64,000 nucleotides of DNA. Source: Squalus acanthias. Its lineage: Eukaryota. Position numbers and translations under genes: made by a program. The notes under the pieces are model-generated. The model saw only the letters and a program-made list of their open reading frames with translations, did not search any database and had not been told where the DNA came from. Shown one piece after another: positions 1 through 11,849 of this stretch (positions are counted from its first letter, which is position 1; the number at the start of each line of letters is the position of its first letter). The DNA lies in the NCBI GenBank assembly GCA_030390025.1, contig JASTWF010000367.1:248001-312000 (forward strand), given 5' to 3'.

Positions 1-1374
1 AAATTGCCCTGAATCCCATGGGCTCTTACCTTCTTGAACAGTCTCCCATGCCGGACCTTGTCAAAAGCCTTTCTGAAGTCCATGTAGACTACATCAACTG
101 CACTACCCTCATCCACATACCTAGTTACCCTCTGTCAAAATTCAATCAAATTGGTTAGACATGATCTCCCCCTGACAAAGCCATGCTGACTATTCTTGAT
201 TAATCCTTGCCTCTCCAAGTGGAGACTAATTCTGTCCCTCAGAATGTTTCCAATAATTTCCCTAACACTGATGTTAGGCTCACTGGCCTGTAATTCCCTG
301 GTTTATCCCTATTATCCTTCTTGAATAATGGTACTACGTTAACTGTCCTCCAGTCCTCTGGCACCTCCCCTGAGTCCAGAGAGGATCTGAAAATTTGTGT
401 CAGAGCCCTTGCAATCTCCTCCCTTGCCTCACACAGCAGCCTGGGATACATCTCGTCTGGGCCTGGAGATTTATCCACTTTTATGCCCGCTAATACCTCC
501 TCCCCCTCGATGCTAATTTGTTCAAATATATCACAATCCCCCTGCCTGATTTCTATGCTTACATCGTCCTTCTCCATAGTGAACACAGATGCAAAATATT
601 AATTTAAACCTCACCTACATCTTTCGGCTCTACACACGCATTGCCACTTTGGTCCCTAATGGGCCCTACTCATTCCCTGGTTATCCTCTTGCCCTTAATA
701 TACTTATAAAACACCTTGGGATTTTCCTTTATATTGCCTGCCAGTGTTTTTTCATGCCCTCTCTTTGCTCTCCTAATTTCTTTAAGTACTCCCCTGCACT
801 TTCTATACTCTTCTTGGGCTTCCACTATTTTTAGTCCTTTGTATCTGTCAAAAGCCTCCCTTTTTTTCCTAATCCATTCTTGTATCTCCCTTGACATGCA
901 GGGTTCCCTGGGCTTGTTAGTCCCACCCTTGACCTTTACGGGAACATGTTAGTGCTGTACTCTCTCTATTTCCTTTCGGAAAGACTCCCACTGCTCTGAT
1001 GTGGATTGTCCTGCCAGTAGCTGATCCCAGTCCACTTTGGCCAGATCCTACCTTATCATATTAAAATCTGTCTTCCTCCAATTTAGAACCTTTATTTCCG
1101 GTCCATCTTTGTCCTTTTCCATGACTGCCTTAAATCTCACCGAATTATGGTCACTGTCACCAAAATTCTCTCCTACTGACACATCTACCACTTGCCCGGC
1201 TACATTCCCTAGAATTAGGCCCAGTACCGCCTCCTCTCTTATAGGACTTTCTACATGCTGGCTCAAAAAGCTCTCCTGTTTGCACTTTAAGAATTCTGCA
1301 CCCTCTAAGCCTTTCACACTCTGACTATCCCAGTTAATATTGGGGAAGTTGAAATCCCCTCCTATTATTATTAT
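1..1374 (-). mobile_element. CR1 LINE fragment (ORF2 endonuclease end to RT start), decayed; continues left of the window
   Basis: Minus-strand ORF pieces carry CR1 ORF2 motifs ([28 protein letters not shown]). By eye very similar to the copy at 29053-33570. Confidence 0.92.
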
Positions 1375-3310
1375 ATCAATTCACACTTCTCTGTCATGTG
1401 TCTGCCCATTTCACCAGTCTGTCTATGACCTCCTGAAGTCTGCTATTATCCTTCTCACTACTTACTACCTTTCTGAGTTTCACGCAATCTGCAATTCTTT
1501 TAAATTATGCTCTGTATACCCAAGTGCTGGTCATTAATATATATCGACAAGAGCAGTCGTCCTAATACTGAGCCTTGTGAGACAACAATGTACTCTTTCC
1601 CCCAGTCTGAAAAGCAGCTGTTCACAACTGCTCTCTGTTTCCTTTCCCTTAGACAATGTCCTATCAACGCTGCCATGGGCTTCTAATTTGCTAACATGTC
1701 AATTACGTGGTTCTTGGACAAACGCCTTTTAAAAGTCCATATGCCCAACATCAACTGCACTACCCTTGTCAACCGTCAATTTGTAGGGGGGTGGTGTGTG
1801 GGGTCAGTCTTCACCTCTGACTCAGTGAGCGGTTCGAATCGCTCCCACACCCCTGGTTCTGGACGTTGGCCTTATTTAGGGGTTGTGAACAAAGATGCAG
1901 TAGACAACAAGTTCTGCTGAAAGAATTTTGTCTTTATTAAAAGAAAAAGGTAAAAAACTTAAAAACACTTAACACTTAAACACAGGTTGGGGAACACACA
2001 GGTTGGGGCGAGGGAGAATTACAACATAAAAAAAACCTTATCCCTCCCAAAAATCCCACTATCTAGCTAGGTTTTGGTTGCAGGAGATCAGGGATAATGC
2101 TCACCAAACGAATCCTTGACAGTTGAGAGTTAGGGTTAGAGTTTTTGAGTAAAAGGTTTCGTAAGGCCCTTGTCGCCGCGAGGTGTCCGATGGTCTCTGA
2201 GGCAGTCGCTCTGGTTTCTTCTTGCGTGTTGGTCTGCTTGTGAAGTTATTGGCCTTCTTTCCTCCTCCTGCTCGTGGTTTGTGGTGTCTTGCTGGAAAAG
2301 AGCTGAGAGAGAAAGAGCAGTGCGAGTGTTGTCAAAGTCCAGAGAGACTATCTTGGGGGATAAGCCCCCAATTATACTGTTCAGGCCCTTTGTCCTTTTT
2401 CGCGCCCAAAACCCCTTACTAAATCGGTTTCCTTTAGATTTCAATTGAGCTCTGTCTACTCCATTGTCCTAGTTTTGGCGGGCTTGTCAGTTTCGATGGC
2501 TTTAATTTGGTGTTAAACATGTCCTGATGGCTTCCGATGTTTCCCATTTAGGCAGGGCCCTTATCTGCACGCCAAATCTTGGCCCTATTGTCCTAGGTTT
2601 TTGGCGGCCTTGTAAATCTGTCCCTGTGGATACCTGTTTGGGCTTGGGAATTTCAAAAGAGGTCTTGGATTATTCATATTTCGAAGTGTGTGTGATGTTT
2701 TGTGTGTGTCTCTTCCTCCTTGGAAGGATTGCAGTGTAAACAATTCCCAGACAGCTTGATTGGGCCCCATACCCATAGCTGTCCACTGCCTGGCCATGCA
2801 CCTCCGCAGCCTGTCTTTTGTCTGTGAAAGGTGTCTTTCCCAACAGTAAGATTCAAAAGTCATTTTCCTCAGGATTTTTCTTCCCTGATCTTTAAAATGT
2901 CCAAAACTGAGGTTTTTACATCAAATCACTTCACTTAGGTCCCATCATCCCAAGTTTGTATGAAAGGTCCAAAAATCACTCCCTTTAGGCATCTGTTCGA
3001 GTTTCTGGGGTTTTGCGACACCTACAAATTCATTAAACAACTCAATCAATTTAAGCATCCACGATATGCCTTTTAATAATTCCATGCTGGCTGCAATTTA
3101 TTAACCCATGTTTTTTCCAAGGGTATATTTTGTCCTGGATTAATGTATCTAAAAGTTTCTCCACTATCGACGTTAGGCTGACTGGCCTGTTGCTGGGTTC
3201 ATCCCTCTCCCCTTTTTTGAACAGCGGTGTAACATTTGCAACTCTCCACTCCGCTGGCACCACTCACAAGTCCATGGAGTATTGGAAAAATTTGGCTCGA
3301 GCCATTTCAG
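1375..3310 (-). mobile_element. Older CR1 RT fragment, split by the LTR at 1782-3026
   Basis: ORF 3051-3263 reads [20 protein letters not shown]. Degenerate RT sequence continues on the other side of the LTR (1375-1781). Confidence 0.75.
1782..3026 (-). mobile_element. Solo LTR (1245 bp) of an ERV or Gypsy-type element
   Basis: Termini TGTAGG...CCTACA (TG..CA, 6-bp inverted repeat). 4-bp direct repeat AATT at 1778-1781 and 3027-3030. Cleanly interrupts a CR1. Minus-strand AATAAA at about 1933-1938 suggests the orientation. Confidence 0.8.
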
Positions 3311-3997
3311 ATTAACTGCAGTTCCTGAGAAGCAGTACATTTTTTGTCTGTGAATATTAATATCTGGTTCCGCTAAAATTCTGCTGACCAGTATCATTCA
3401 TCTGGAGGGAAGAACATCTATCAACCATTTCAAACAAACTAGCGAAGTTAGTGTCAAAGGGATAAACTGGCAACGAATATACACTTAAAGTAAGTTAAAT
3501 ACCCTGATCCTGCTGTTGAAAAGAATCAGCAGCCTTGAATTCAATAAACTGGCCCAATATGGGGTGACATTGATCTTCAGTACAGTGAAATGGGCTCATA
3601 GTGAATCAGCGCTCATTTTACATCGCGCCCGATTTTCCCTCCTGTTGCAGAGTTAGTGTCTGGCTGAACTCAGCAGCAACAAGCAAAGTATCTGTGTTCA
3701 AATTGCTGAGGATGGTCGGTGATTCGACACATTGCTCTGAATTTAGTGATAGATATTTGAAATAAAGCCGCGCACAGTTGTGCCAGAGACAGGTGTGGGA
3801 GGGGGAGTATTGAGAGTGCACGGAACCGAAAGCAGGCTCTGTTCCCGGTGGGAAACGAACAAGCCTTGTTTTCCTCCTCCTGCTCCACCCAGGCAGTCCT
3901 CTTGCCCAAGTGCTATAAGAGGACAATCTGCCCCAGTTCATTTTCACTGCAGGCCCGTCACTCCGCTCATCAATATATTCATTATTATTCTTTACAG

Positions 3998-4169
3998 AAA
4001 ATCACTGAGCTCGTGGAGAAGGGAAACCGGGCGGACAGTTCCAAACTTCTCCTAAATCTGGTGATGGAGAAAGGTTCTCGGGCCCGAAGGACAATGTGGG
4101 AATCCTTTGTAAATATGCGCCATGGGGTACCAAAGCTGGACAAAATACTGAGAGAAATACAGGAACTTG
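3998..4169 (+). CDS. NLR exon: C-terminal half of a CARD/death-fold-like domain (KITELVEKGNRADSSKLLLNLVMEKG...REIQEL)
   Basis: Acceptor tttacag, donor G/gtacag. LLNLVMEKG...WESF resembles the helix 4-5 pattern of CARDs (inference). Confidence 0.75.
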
Positions 4170-4273
4170 GTACAGTAAAATCACACACTGAATTCAGTTT
4201 CACATCTAAAATTACATATTTTACTGAAGTAGTGCACAGATTTGATTTCATGAAAACTAATTTATTTAAACAG

Positions 4274-4339
4274 GTTTCTTTCGATTTAATGACATGAAAG
4301 CCACAGAATGTTTATCCGAAGTTCCCAGTCAGCTGAAAG
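4274..4339 (+). CDS. NLR linker exon, 66 nt (GFFRFNDMKATECLSEVPSQLK)
   Basis: Acceptor ttaaacag, donor AAG/gtaggt. Phase 1-1, stop-free, joins the flanking exons in frame. Confidence 0.65.
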
Positions 4340-4579
4340 GTAGGTGATGGGGTGAAGATATCAAACAGATTATTTCGGTCTGATTATCAGAGGCTTTAAC
4401 TTTGATCATTGGTTAAGAGATTTCTAGAATCTGGGGGTGAAAAGTTCAAGAGCTGAGCAAACAGAATTCAACTTCATTTTCACTTGTCACTGATTCTGAA
4501 ATGTGTCATTTAAATGTGTGCGATGAAGTTACCATTAACACCAGGTTTGGGATTATCTTTAAATATTCATTGCAAACTG

Positions 4580-6847
4580 CCGGCGTGACGTCGGCCGTCT
4601 CAATTTTCTCTGCTCCCCTCACTCACTCCAACCTACCTCCCTCTGAACTTGCAGCACTCCATTCTCTCAGATCCAACTCCAGCATTGTCATTAAACCTGC
4701 TGACAAGTGTGGTGCAGTTGTTGTTTGGTGAACCGATCTCTACCTAGAGGAGGCTGAACGCTAACTCTCCGAAACCACCTCCTACCTCCACCTGGACCAT
4801 GCCCGCACTACCGAACATGAAGCCACCGTTTCCAAGACTGTCACTGACATCTGCTCTGGAGATCTTCCCTCCACGACCTCCAACCTCATAGTTTCCCAGC
4901 CCCGCACAGCCCGCTTCTACCTCCTCCCCAAATCCACAAACAGGACTGCCCTGGTAGAACCATCGTTTCAGCCCAATTTTGACCCATGGAACTTATCTCT
5001 TCCGATCTCGACTCTTTTTTCTCCCCTTGCCAGTCTCTTCACACCTACATCCACGACACTTCCAACGCCCTCCACCACTTTAACAGTTTCCAGTTTCCTG
5101 GCTCCAACCATCTCCTTTTCACTATGGGCGTCCAATCCCTCTACACCTCCATCCCCCATCAGGATGGCCTGAGGGCGCCCCGCTTCTTCCTTGAACAGAG
5201 GCCCAACCAGTCCCCATCCACCACTACCCTCCTCCGCCTGGCTGAACTTGTTCTCACATTGAACAACTTCTCCTTTGACTCCACTAACTTCCTCCAAATT
5301 AATGGTATTGCTATGGGAACCCGCATGGGTCCTAGGTATGCCTGCCTTTTTGTGGGATATGTGGAACATTCTTTGTTCCAGTCCTACTCGGGTCCCCTCC
5401 CTTACCTCTTTTTTTCCGGTACATTGATGACTGTATCGGTGCCGCTTCCTGCTCTCGCCCTGAACTAGATCATTTCATTCACTTTGCTTCCAATTTCCAC
5501 CCTTCCCTTACCTTCACATGGTCCATCTCCGACTCTTCCCTTCCCTTCCTCGACTGCTCTACTGCATCTCTGGGGATAGGCTCTTGACAAACATTCACTA
5601 TAAGCCCACTGACTCCCACAGCTACCTGGACTACACTTCCTGCCAACCCGCTTCCTGTAACGACTCTATTCCATTCTCCCAGTTTCTCTGTCTCCACCGC
5701 ATCTGCTCTGACGATGCCACCTTCCATACTAGTGTTTCTGACATGTCTTCCTTTTTCCTAACTGAGGATTCCCGTCTACCATGGTTGACACGGCTCTTGA
5801 CCGTGTCCATTCTATTTCCCGCACCTCTACTCTCACCCCTACCTCTCCCTCGTGGAACCACAATATAGTTTCCTTTGTCCTCACCTTTCACCCCACCAGC
5901 CTCCACATTCAACGGATCATTTTCCGCCACCTCCAGCGTAATCCCAGAACCAAACACATCTCCCCCTCACCTCCCCTTTCAGCATTCCGAATGGACTGCT
6001 CCCTCCGCAACACCCTGGTCCACTCCTCTATCACCCCCAACATACCTTGCACTTCCCACGGCACCTTCTCATGCAAGCGCAGGAGATGCAACGCCTGACC
6101 TTTTACCTCCACCCTTCCCACTGTCCAGGGCCCCAAACACTCCTTCCAGTTGAAACTTGTACTTCTTGCAATTTAGTATCCTGTATTCGCTCCTCACGAT
6201 GCGGTCTCCTCCACATTGGGGAGAACAAACGCAGATTGGGTGACTGCTTTGCAGAACACGCCCGTTCAGTCCATAATGTTGACTCTGAGCTTCCGGTCGC
6301 CTGTCACTTTAATTCTCCGCTCCAGTCCCACTCTGACCTCTTTTTCCCAGCCTCTTACACTGTTGCTATGAAGCTCAACGTAAGCTCGAGGAACAGCACC
6401 TCATCTGTCGATTAGGCACTTTACAGCCTTCTGGACTCAACATCGAGTTCAGCAATTTCACACCGTAACCTCTGTCCATATCATGTTTTTCTCTCCCACA
6501 TGGCAGCTGTTGATGATTCTGCCATTGCCATTTACACTTCATCTGGAGTCATCTTTTGATTCTTAACTTGTCCCAATACCATCTCTTTTTGCCTTGCACC
6601 ATCATCCCTTTTGTCTCGTAATCTCTCCTGCCTTCCATCCTATCACAGACCTTTCCTTTTGTTCTTTCATCCCCTCCCCCCACTCCCTGCCTCTACACTT
6701 GCTTAAAAACCTGTTACATCTCCAACTTTTTCCAGTTCTGACGAAGGGTCATCGACCTGAAACGTTAACTCTGATTCTCTCTCTCTAGATTCTGTCCGAC
6801 CAGCTGAGTATTTCCAGCATTTTCTGTGTTTATTTTAAATTTTCAGA
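4580..6847 (+). mobile_element. Penelope-like retroelement (RT + GIY-YIG), decayed, with 3' region
   Basis: IKPADK, SLYTSIP, GIAMGTRMGP and RYIDD (about 5417-5431) RT motifs. CTSCNLVSCIR..C.LLHIGE.KRRL..EH GIY-YIG-like segment. Multiple frameshifts. Confidence 0.9.
6734..6770 (+). ncRNA. Minimal hammerhead ribozyme motif of the Penelope-like element
   Basis: agtt-CTGACGA-a-gggtc-atc-gacct-GAAA-cgt-t-aact: both core boxes, stem II, 4-bp stem I and a loopless palindromic stem III (ACGT). Confidence 0.7.
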
Positions 6848-7052
6848 TGTTGTCATTACTCCAGTGGTTTATCCAGCTGGTCATGTGACTGGCCTTTGCT
6901 GCCAGTGGACGTCACTGACCAGGATAAAACATCAAACTCCCAGTGGTCAGTCTGTCTAATACACCGATTAATCAGCAGAGAAAATGTATTTATTGCGGCT
7001 TCCCTGGATGACTCAAACGGATGATGTACAAGTGAGTGCAGTGTTTAGCCAT

Positions 7053-9420
7053 AGGCCTAGATATTCGGTCGCGCACTGCCGGTTATTCGGCCGCTTATCG
7101 ATCTCCTGCAGCCAATATTGTGGGCAGGAAGCGCACTCGCATTTCCAGCCTGAATTGTGGATCGGGCATTGCTGTGCTGTCGGGAGTTTACGTCAGTATA
7201 ATTTAAGAGTGAATATATTATGTAAATGAGGGTCCAGTGCTTCCTGCTGGACCCTTTCCCGCTTTCGGTATGCTACACCATCTCACACCACGTGCTGAAT
7301 CCGCCAAGCAACACCTGGCGCAAACCGGCAGAAGGACCCCTCACCAGCGCTATTGAAAGGAATCATGGGGAACTTACAGTTTGGTAATTGCCTTGTCGGT
7401 TCTGGCAGCTGCTTAACTTCTGGGCGTTTCTTGCTGTGTTTTATCATTCTGGAAATGTTGCTTTGTCTAAAAATAGCAACATGCTGCTGATCTTGCACTG
7501 ATGTTGACTCACTCATAGATAGTTTGACTGCAGTCATGAGTGGTGTCATAAGACTGCCTTTGGGACTGAAGAAGGAGAGGGAGCAGCGGGGAATAGAGTA
7601 GGAGCAGCGGGGAATAGAGTAGGAGCAGCGAGGAATAGAGCAGAGAACAGCGAGGAATAGAGCAGAGAACAGCGAGGAATAGAGCAGAGAACGGCGAGGA
7701 ATAGAGCAGAGAGCGGCGGGGAATAGAGCAGAGAATGGCGGGGAATAGAGCAGAGAACGGCGGAGAATAGAGCAGAGAACGGCGGGGAATAGAGCAGAGA
7801 ACGGCGGGGAATAGAGCAGAGAACGGCGGGGAATAGAGCAGAGAACAGCGGGGAATAGAGCAGAGAACAGCGGGGCAGAGAACAGCGGGGAATAGAGCAG
7901 AGAACAGCGGGGAATAGAGCAGAGAACAGCGGGGAATAGAGCAGAGAACAGCGGGGAATAGAGCAGAGAACAGCGGGGAATAGAGCAGAGAACAGCGGGG
8001 AATAGAGCAGAGAACAGCGGGGAATAGAGCAGAGAACAGCGGGGAATAGAGCAGAGAACAAGAACAGCTGACACAGGAGGGATACGGAGAGGCACTCCGC
8101 AGAAGGCCATGCCCACAGCGAGTATTCGGGGGCCATTTAACCCGACATTAAAAGGGACCTGGATATGTACAGGAGGGAAAAGGAACAGATAGATATGTTG
8201 ATAGGGTGAGATGGTACGGTGGGATGAGGCTCGTGCGAAGCAGATACACCAGCACAGACCTTTTCGACTGAATTGTTTGTTTCAGTGCTATAAATTCAAT
8301 GGTAATTCTATGTAACGGCACTGAGGCGCCTTCACTTCACCAAGGGGGCAGTCATCGAGCTATGTCACCTGCTGCAGACACAAGTCCAGCAAGGGCATCG
8401 CTGCCTGTGGCCATCAAAGTCACCGTGGCCCTTAACTTCAAAGCCATGAACACCTTTCAGGCTGCAGCAGGTGACACCAGTGATCTGTCAGAGTTAGCAG
8501 TCCACTGCTGTATCAGGGAGGTCACTGAGGCTCTCTGTACAGGATGAACACCTATATGTTCTTCCACAAGGAGAGAGCGAAGCAGGATGAGAGAGCACTA
8601 GGCTGCGTCCACATGACAGGCTTTCCCAGGGTGCAAGGTACCATAGAAAGCCGCTACCTCGCCTTGAGTGCTCCCCATCACCAACCTGGCATGTTGATCA
8701 ATCGTAAGGGAGTTCACTTCCTCAACGCATAGTTGGTTAGTGACCACAGGCAGCACGTCATACGGACCTGTTCCCATTATCCTAGGAGCAGTCATGACTC
8801 TTTCATCCTGTGCCAGTCCTCTGTGAAACCTTAATTCAAGCCAGGCCCTCAAGTTTCAGGCTGGTGCTTGTCGACAAGGACTAGTCCCTCTAGACAGGGC
8901 TCACTGCTGTCAGGGACCCAAGCACAGCTGCAGCTCTGGCCTATCATGAGAGCCATGTTGTGAGAAACCTCACAGACCAAGCAGTCGAGCGCTACCACTT
9001 CCCTAAGCTAGTGTTCAGATTTGTGGTCGTCTGCTGCATTTTGCAAATCATTGCCATCGTGAGGAGCAACGAGAAGTACTCAAGAAACAAGTGGAGCACG
9101 AAGAGCGGAAGGAGGAGGAGAGGCATCGATCACAGTGCCCCGAGCTGAGTCAGCTCTCAGATCAGTTCATCGAAGAGTGTTTCCTCTAAATCATCACTCC
9201 CATTCCCAATACACCAAATGTCCCACAATCCTTACCACCATGCTTACTACCACCATCCTGTGGCCTTCCTTCAGTCCAGCGAATGGGTCCGGCCCACACT
9301 CCAATACAAATATCAACACCAACATGAAATTTACAACAATAAACACTTTCATCAAACAATGCAAGTGCATCTCAATGTAATAGTTAACAGAAATCATTAA
9401 GAATCCATCTTGTGCCACGT
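7053..9420 (+). mobile_element. PIF/Harbinger transposon relic (HARBI1-like DDE transposase fragments at about 8320-9060)
   Basis: LPVAIKVTVALNF..FQAAAGD..AVHCCIREVTEAL and GFPRVQGTIES..NRKGVHFLN match Harbinger transposase motifs. The left end GGCCTAGATATTC resembles the MITE termini in this window. Right boundary uncertain. Confidence 0.75.
7580..8068. repeat. 22-bp purine-rich minisatellite (AATAGAGCAGAGAACAGCGGGG)n, about 22 copies
   Basis: Direct tandem repeat, period 22 (e.g. 7891, 7913). Confidence 0.95.
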
Positions 9421-9424
9421 CTTT

Positions 9425-10882
9425 GGCTAGAATTGTGCTGGCGCTCAGAGTGCGGATTTGAAGGTAGGTCCGCGGTCAAAAGCACAAAGATTGACAGCGG
9501 GTCGGTATCCCGCTGTAAACCCGCCTCCTTGTCAGTTTCCCAAGTGTCGGATCGGTCATCCCTGAACTAACCCCACACCAATCGGCGGGTCAGCCAATTT
9601 AAATACTTAAAAGCTTGTTCAAAGGTAGTTAAGCATCATTTCCCATGTACTTACCATTTGACCAGGTTTTAATGAGGCTCCCGGAGAGCGGGTATCACGT
9701 CAGGTAATTATGTCGTGTTCTCAATTCCTCTCCATTGCTGAGTAGGTGACAGATGCCAAAGTGGTACAAAACCTACCATTTTACAGCTGTTCATTTCCCA
9801 AAATTAGAAGCTGGAGCATTCATGATTTGGAACCCACTTTTGTGCTTTATGCAGTTAGGAAGTGTTTGGAGTAAACTCTCTATCCGCTGTCACCTCCTTG
9901 GAGCAAACTCTCTCACCATTAACATATCGCTTCTGTCATCTCAACTTCAGCTGCCATCTAATCCAGCAGCCTCGGTACCCTTGAAAAAATCTCAACTTGG
10001 TCTTCAGAATCCCACCACGATCAGCAGCACCAGGCACACCAGCATCACCAACAACAGCATCACCAGCAACAGCATCAACCTGCTCCGAAATAACCTGATG
10101 CTGCACAGGACACAGAGCATCAGCACCCGAGCACATTGCTGCCAGGGATGGACTCACCATGGCCAGATTTACTACACTTAACACTGTACACCCTGGCTGC
10201 CACATGATGCGCGAGGTTGGCACTACCACACACCAGCACCATTAAACATCTCTACAATATCCAAGCCATTCAATTCACGCTCATCAGCATTGTGGGGGAT
10301 ACCATTGGGTCTCACCATTCACTGCAACTCACTAAGCCAATTCCAAAAGTGTGCACAATTCTGTCCAAGAACGCAATGTTTTGAAAATAAAGATTTCAAT
10401 GTTTCACAGCACATCAACACAAACTTCACATGAATATTGGCTAAAGCACCCAAGTGCCTACCCTTGTGTGTTCTTACTTGGTATGCTTGCAGTAGGTCGA
10501 GGGTGAGTGTGAGGCGTGGCTAGTGAGATGTAGTGTAGATAGAGAGGGATGGGTGGAGGTGCAAGCTAAGTTGGTGTGAGTAAGGATTAGCAGGAGTAGG
10601 ATAGGGAAGGCAGATTGTTGGGGATGTGATGAGTGGCACAGCAGGATGAGGTTGAGTGTGCGTTGCAGTAACTTTTTGTAATCTACTGAGATCATTGAAA
10701 GGTTTATGCCGCTGCAGCCTGGTCCTCCTGACGAGATCCCTGCTTGTGCCCTCCTATGCAGTGTGCAAACAGGCTGCATTGGTGTCCTGGGGAGGTGTCT
10801 TCCATCCATTGGAAGAGAAGGGAACCTCCCTGCGTGCCCTGACTCTCTCCATAAGCATATGGAGGGAGTCATGAGAGAGCCT
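9425..10882. mobile_element. Harbinger-derived element with a Myb/SANT-like ORF relic on the minus strand; truncated by a CR1
   Basis: Minus strand about 10680-10870 reads MERVRARREVPFSSNG...RRTRLQRHKPFNDL (Myb/SANT-like). Collinear with 18681-19750 plus 26593-27000. Confidence 0.6.
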
Positions 10883-11820
10883 GGATATTGGAATAAAAAG
10901 TAGAATTTCTAAATTTGCCGATGGCACCAAACTTGGGGGTGTGGGAAACAGTGAGGATAATACCAATTGATGGCAACAGGATATAGAAAGGCTAGCAGAC
11001 AACTGGCAGATGGAATTTAAAACAGAGAAGTGTGGGGTGATGCATTTTAGCAGAAGGAAAGGGAGAGGCAACGTACACTTAATGGCAGAGTTTTAAAGCG
11101 TGTGCAGGGACAGAGGGCCCTGGGAGTTTATGTGCATATTTCCGTGAAGGTGGCAGGACATATTGAGAGAGTGGTTCACAAAGCATATGGGAGCTTGGGC
11201 TTCATAAATAGAGGTATTGCGTACACAAGTAGAGAAGAATTGTTGAACCTTTAAAAAGCGATGGATAGGCCACAACTGGAGTATTGCGTCCAGTTCTGGT
11301 TACCGCACTTTAGGAAGGATGTGTAGGCCCTTGAGAGGGTGCAGTGGAGATTTACCAGAATGGCTCCGGGGATCTTCGCTACAAGGACAGGTTGGAGAAA
11401 CTGGATTTGAATTCAATAGAGCAAAGGAGGTTGAGGGGTGATTTGATAGATGTGTCCAAGATTATGACAGGTTTGGATAGGCTAGACGGGGAAAGGCTGT
11501 TCCCACTAGTTGATGGTGCAAGGATTAGGGGACACAAATTTAAGGTTTTGTGCAAGAGATACAGGGGGGACGTGAGGAACAATGTTTTTATGCAGCGAGT
11601 GGTGAGGACCTGGAACTCGCTGCCGACGGAAGTGGTAGAAGCAGATACACTCAATGTTTTTAAAGGGAGACTGGATAGGCACTTGGTGGAAATAAACTTG
11701 CAGGGCTCCGGGGATAGCGCAGGGGGAATGGGACTGACTCGAGTGCTCTGCAGAGAGCCGGCACGGATTCGATGGGCCGAATGACCTCCGAATGTGCCGT
11801 TATGACTATGATTCATCCAA
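10883..11820 (+). mobile_element. CR1 3' fragment
   Basis: SKFADGTKLGG, RRLRGDLI, RGHKFKV, RVVRTWNSLP motifs followed by a CR1-type 3' UTR. Confidence 0.9.
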
Positions 11821-11849
11821 TCATAGTAAGAGAATCGAATCTCCTGCAC

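Noticed and set aside
3848..4297. 149-aa ORF as a single-exon gene
   Set aside because: Only 3998-4169 is bounded by splice sites and domain-like; the rest is intron read-through.
7283..8136. 277-aa and 196-aa minus-strand ORFs
   Set aside because: They are translations of the 22-bp minisatellite, which lacks stops on that strand; there is no protein-like content.
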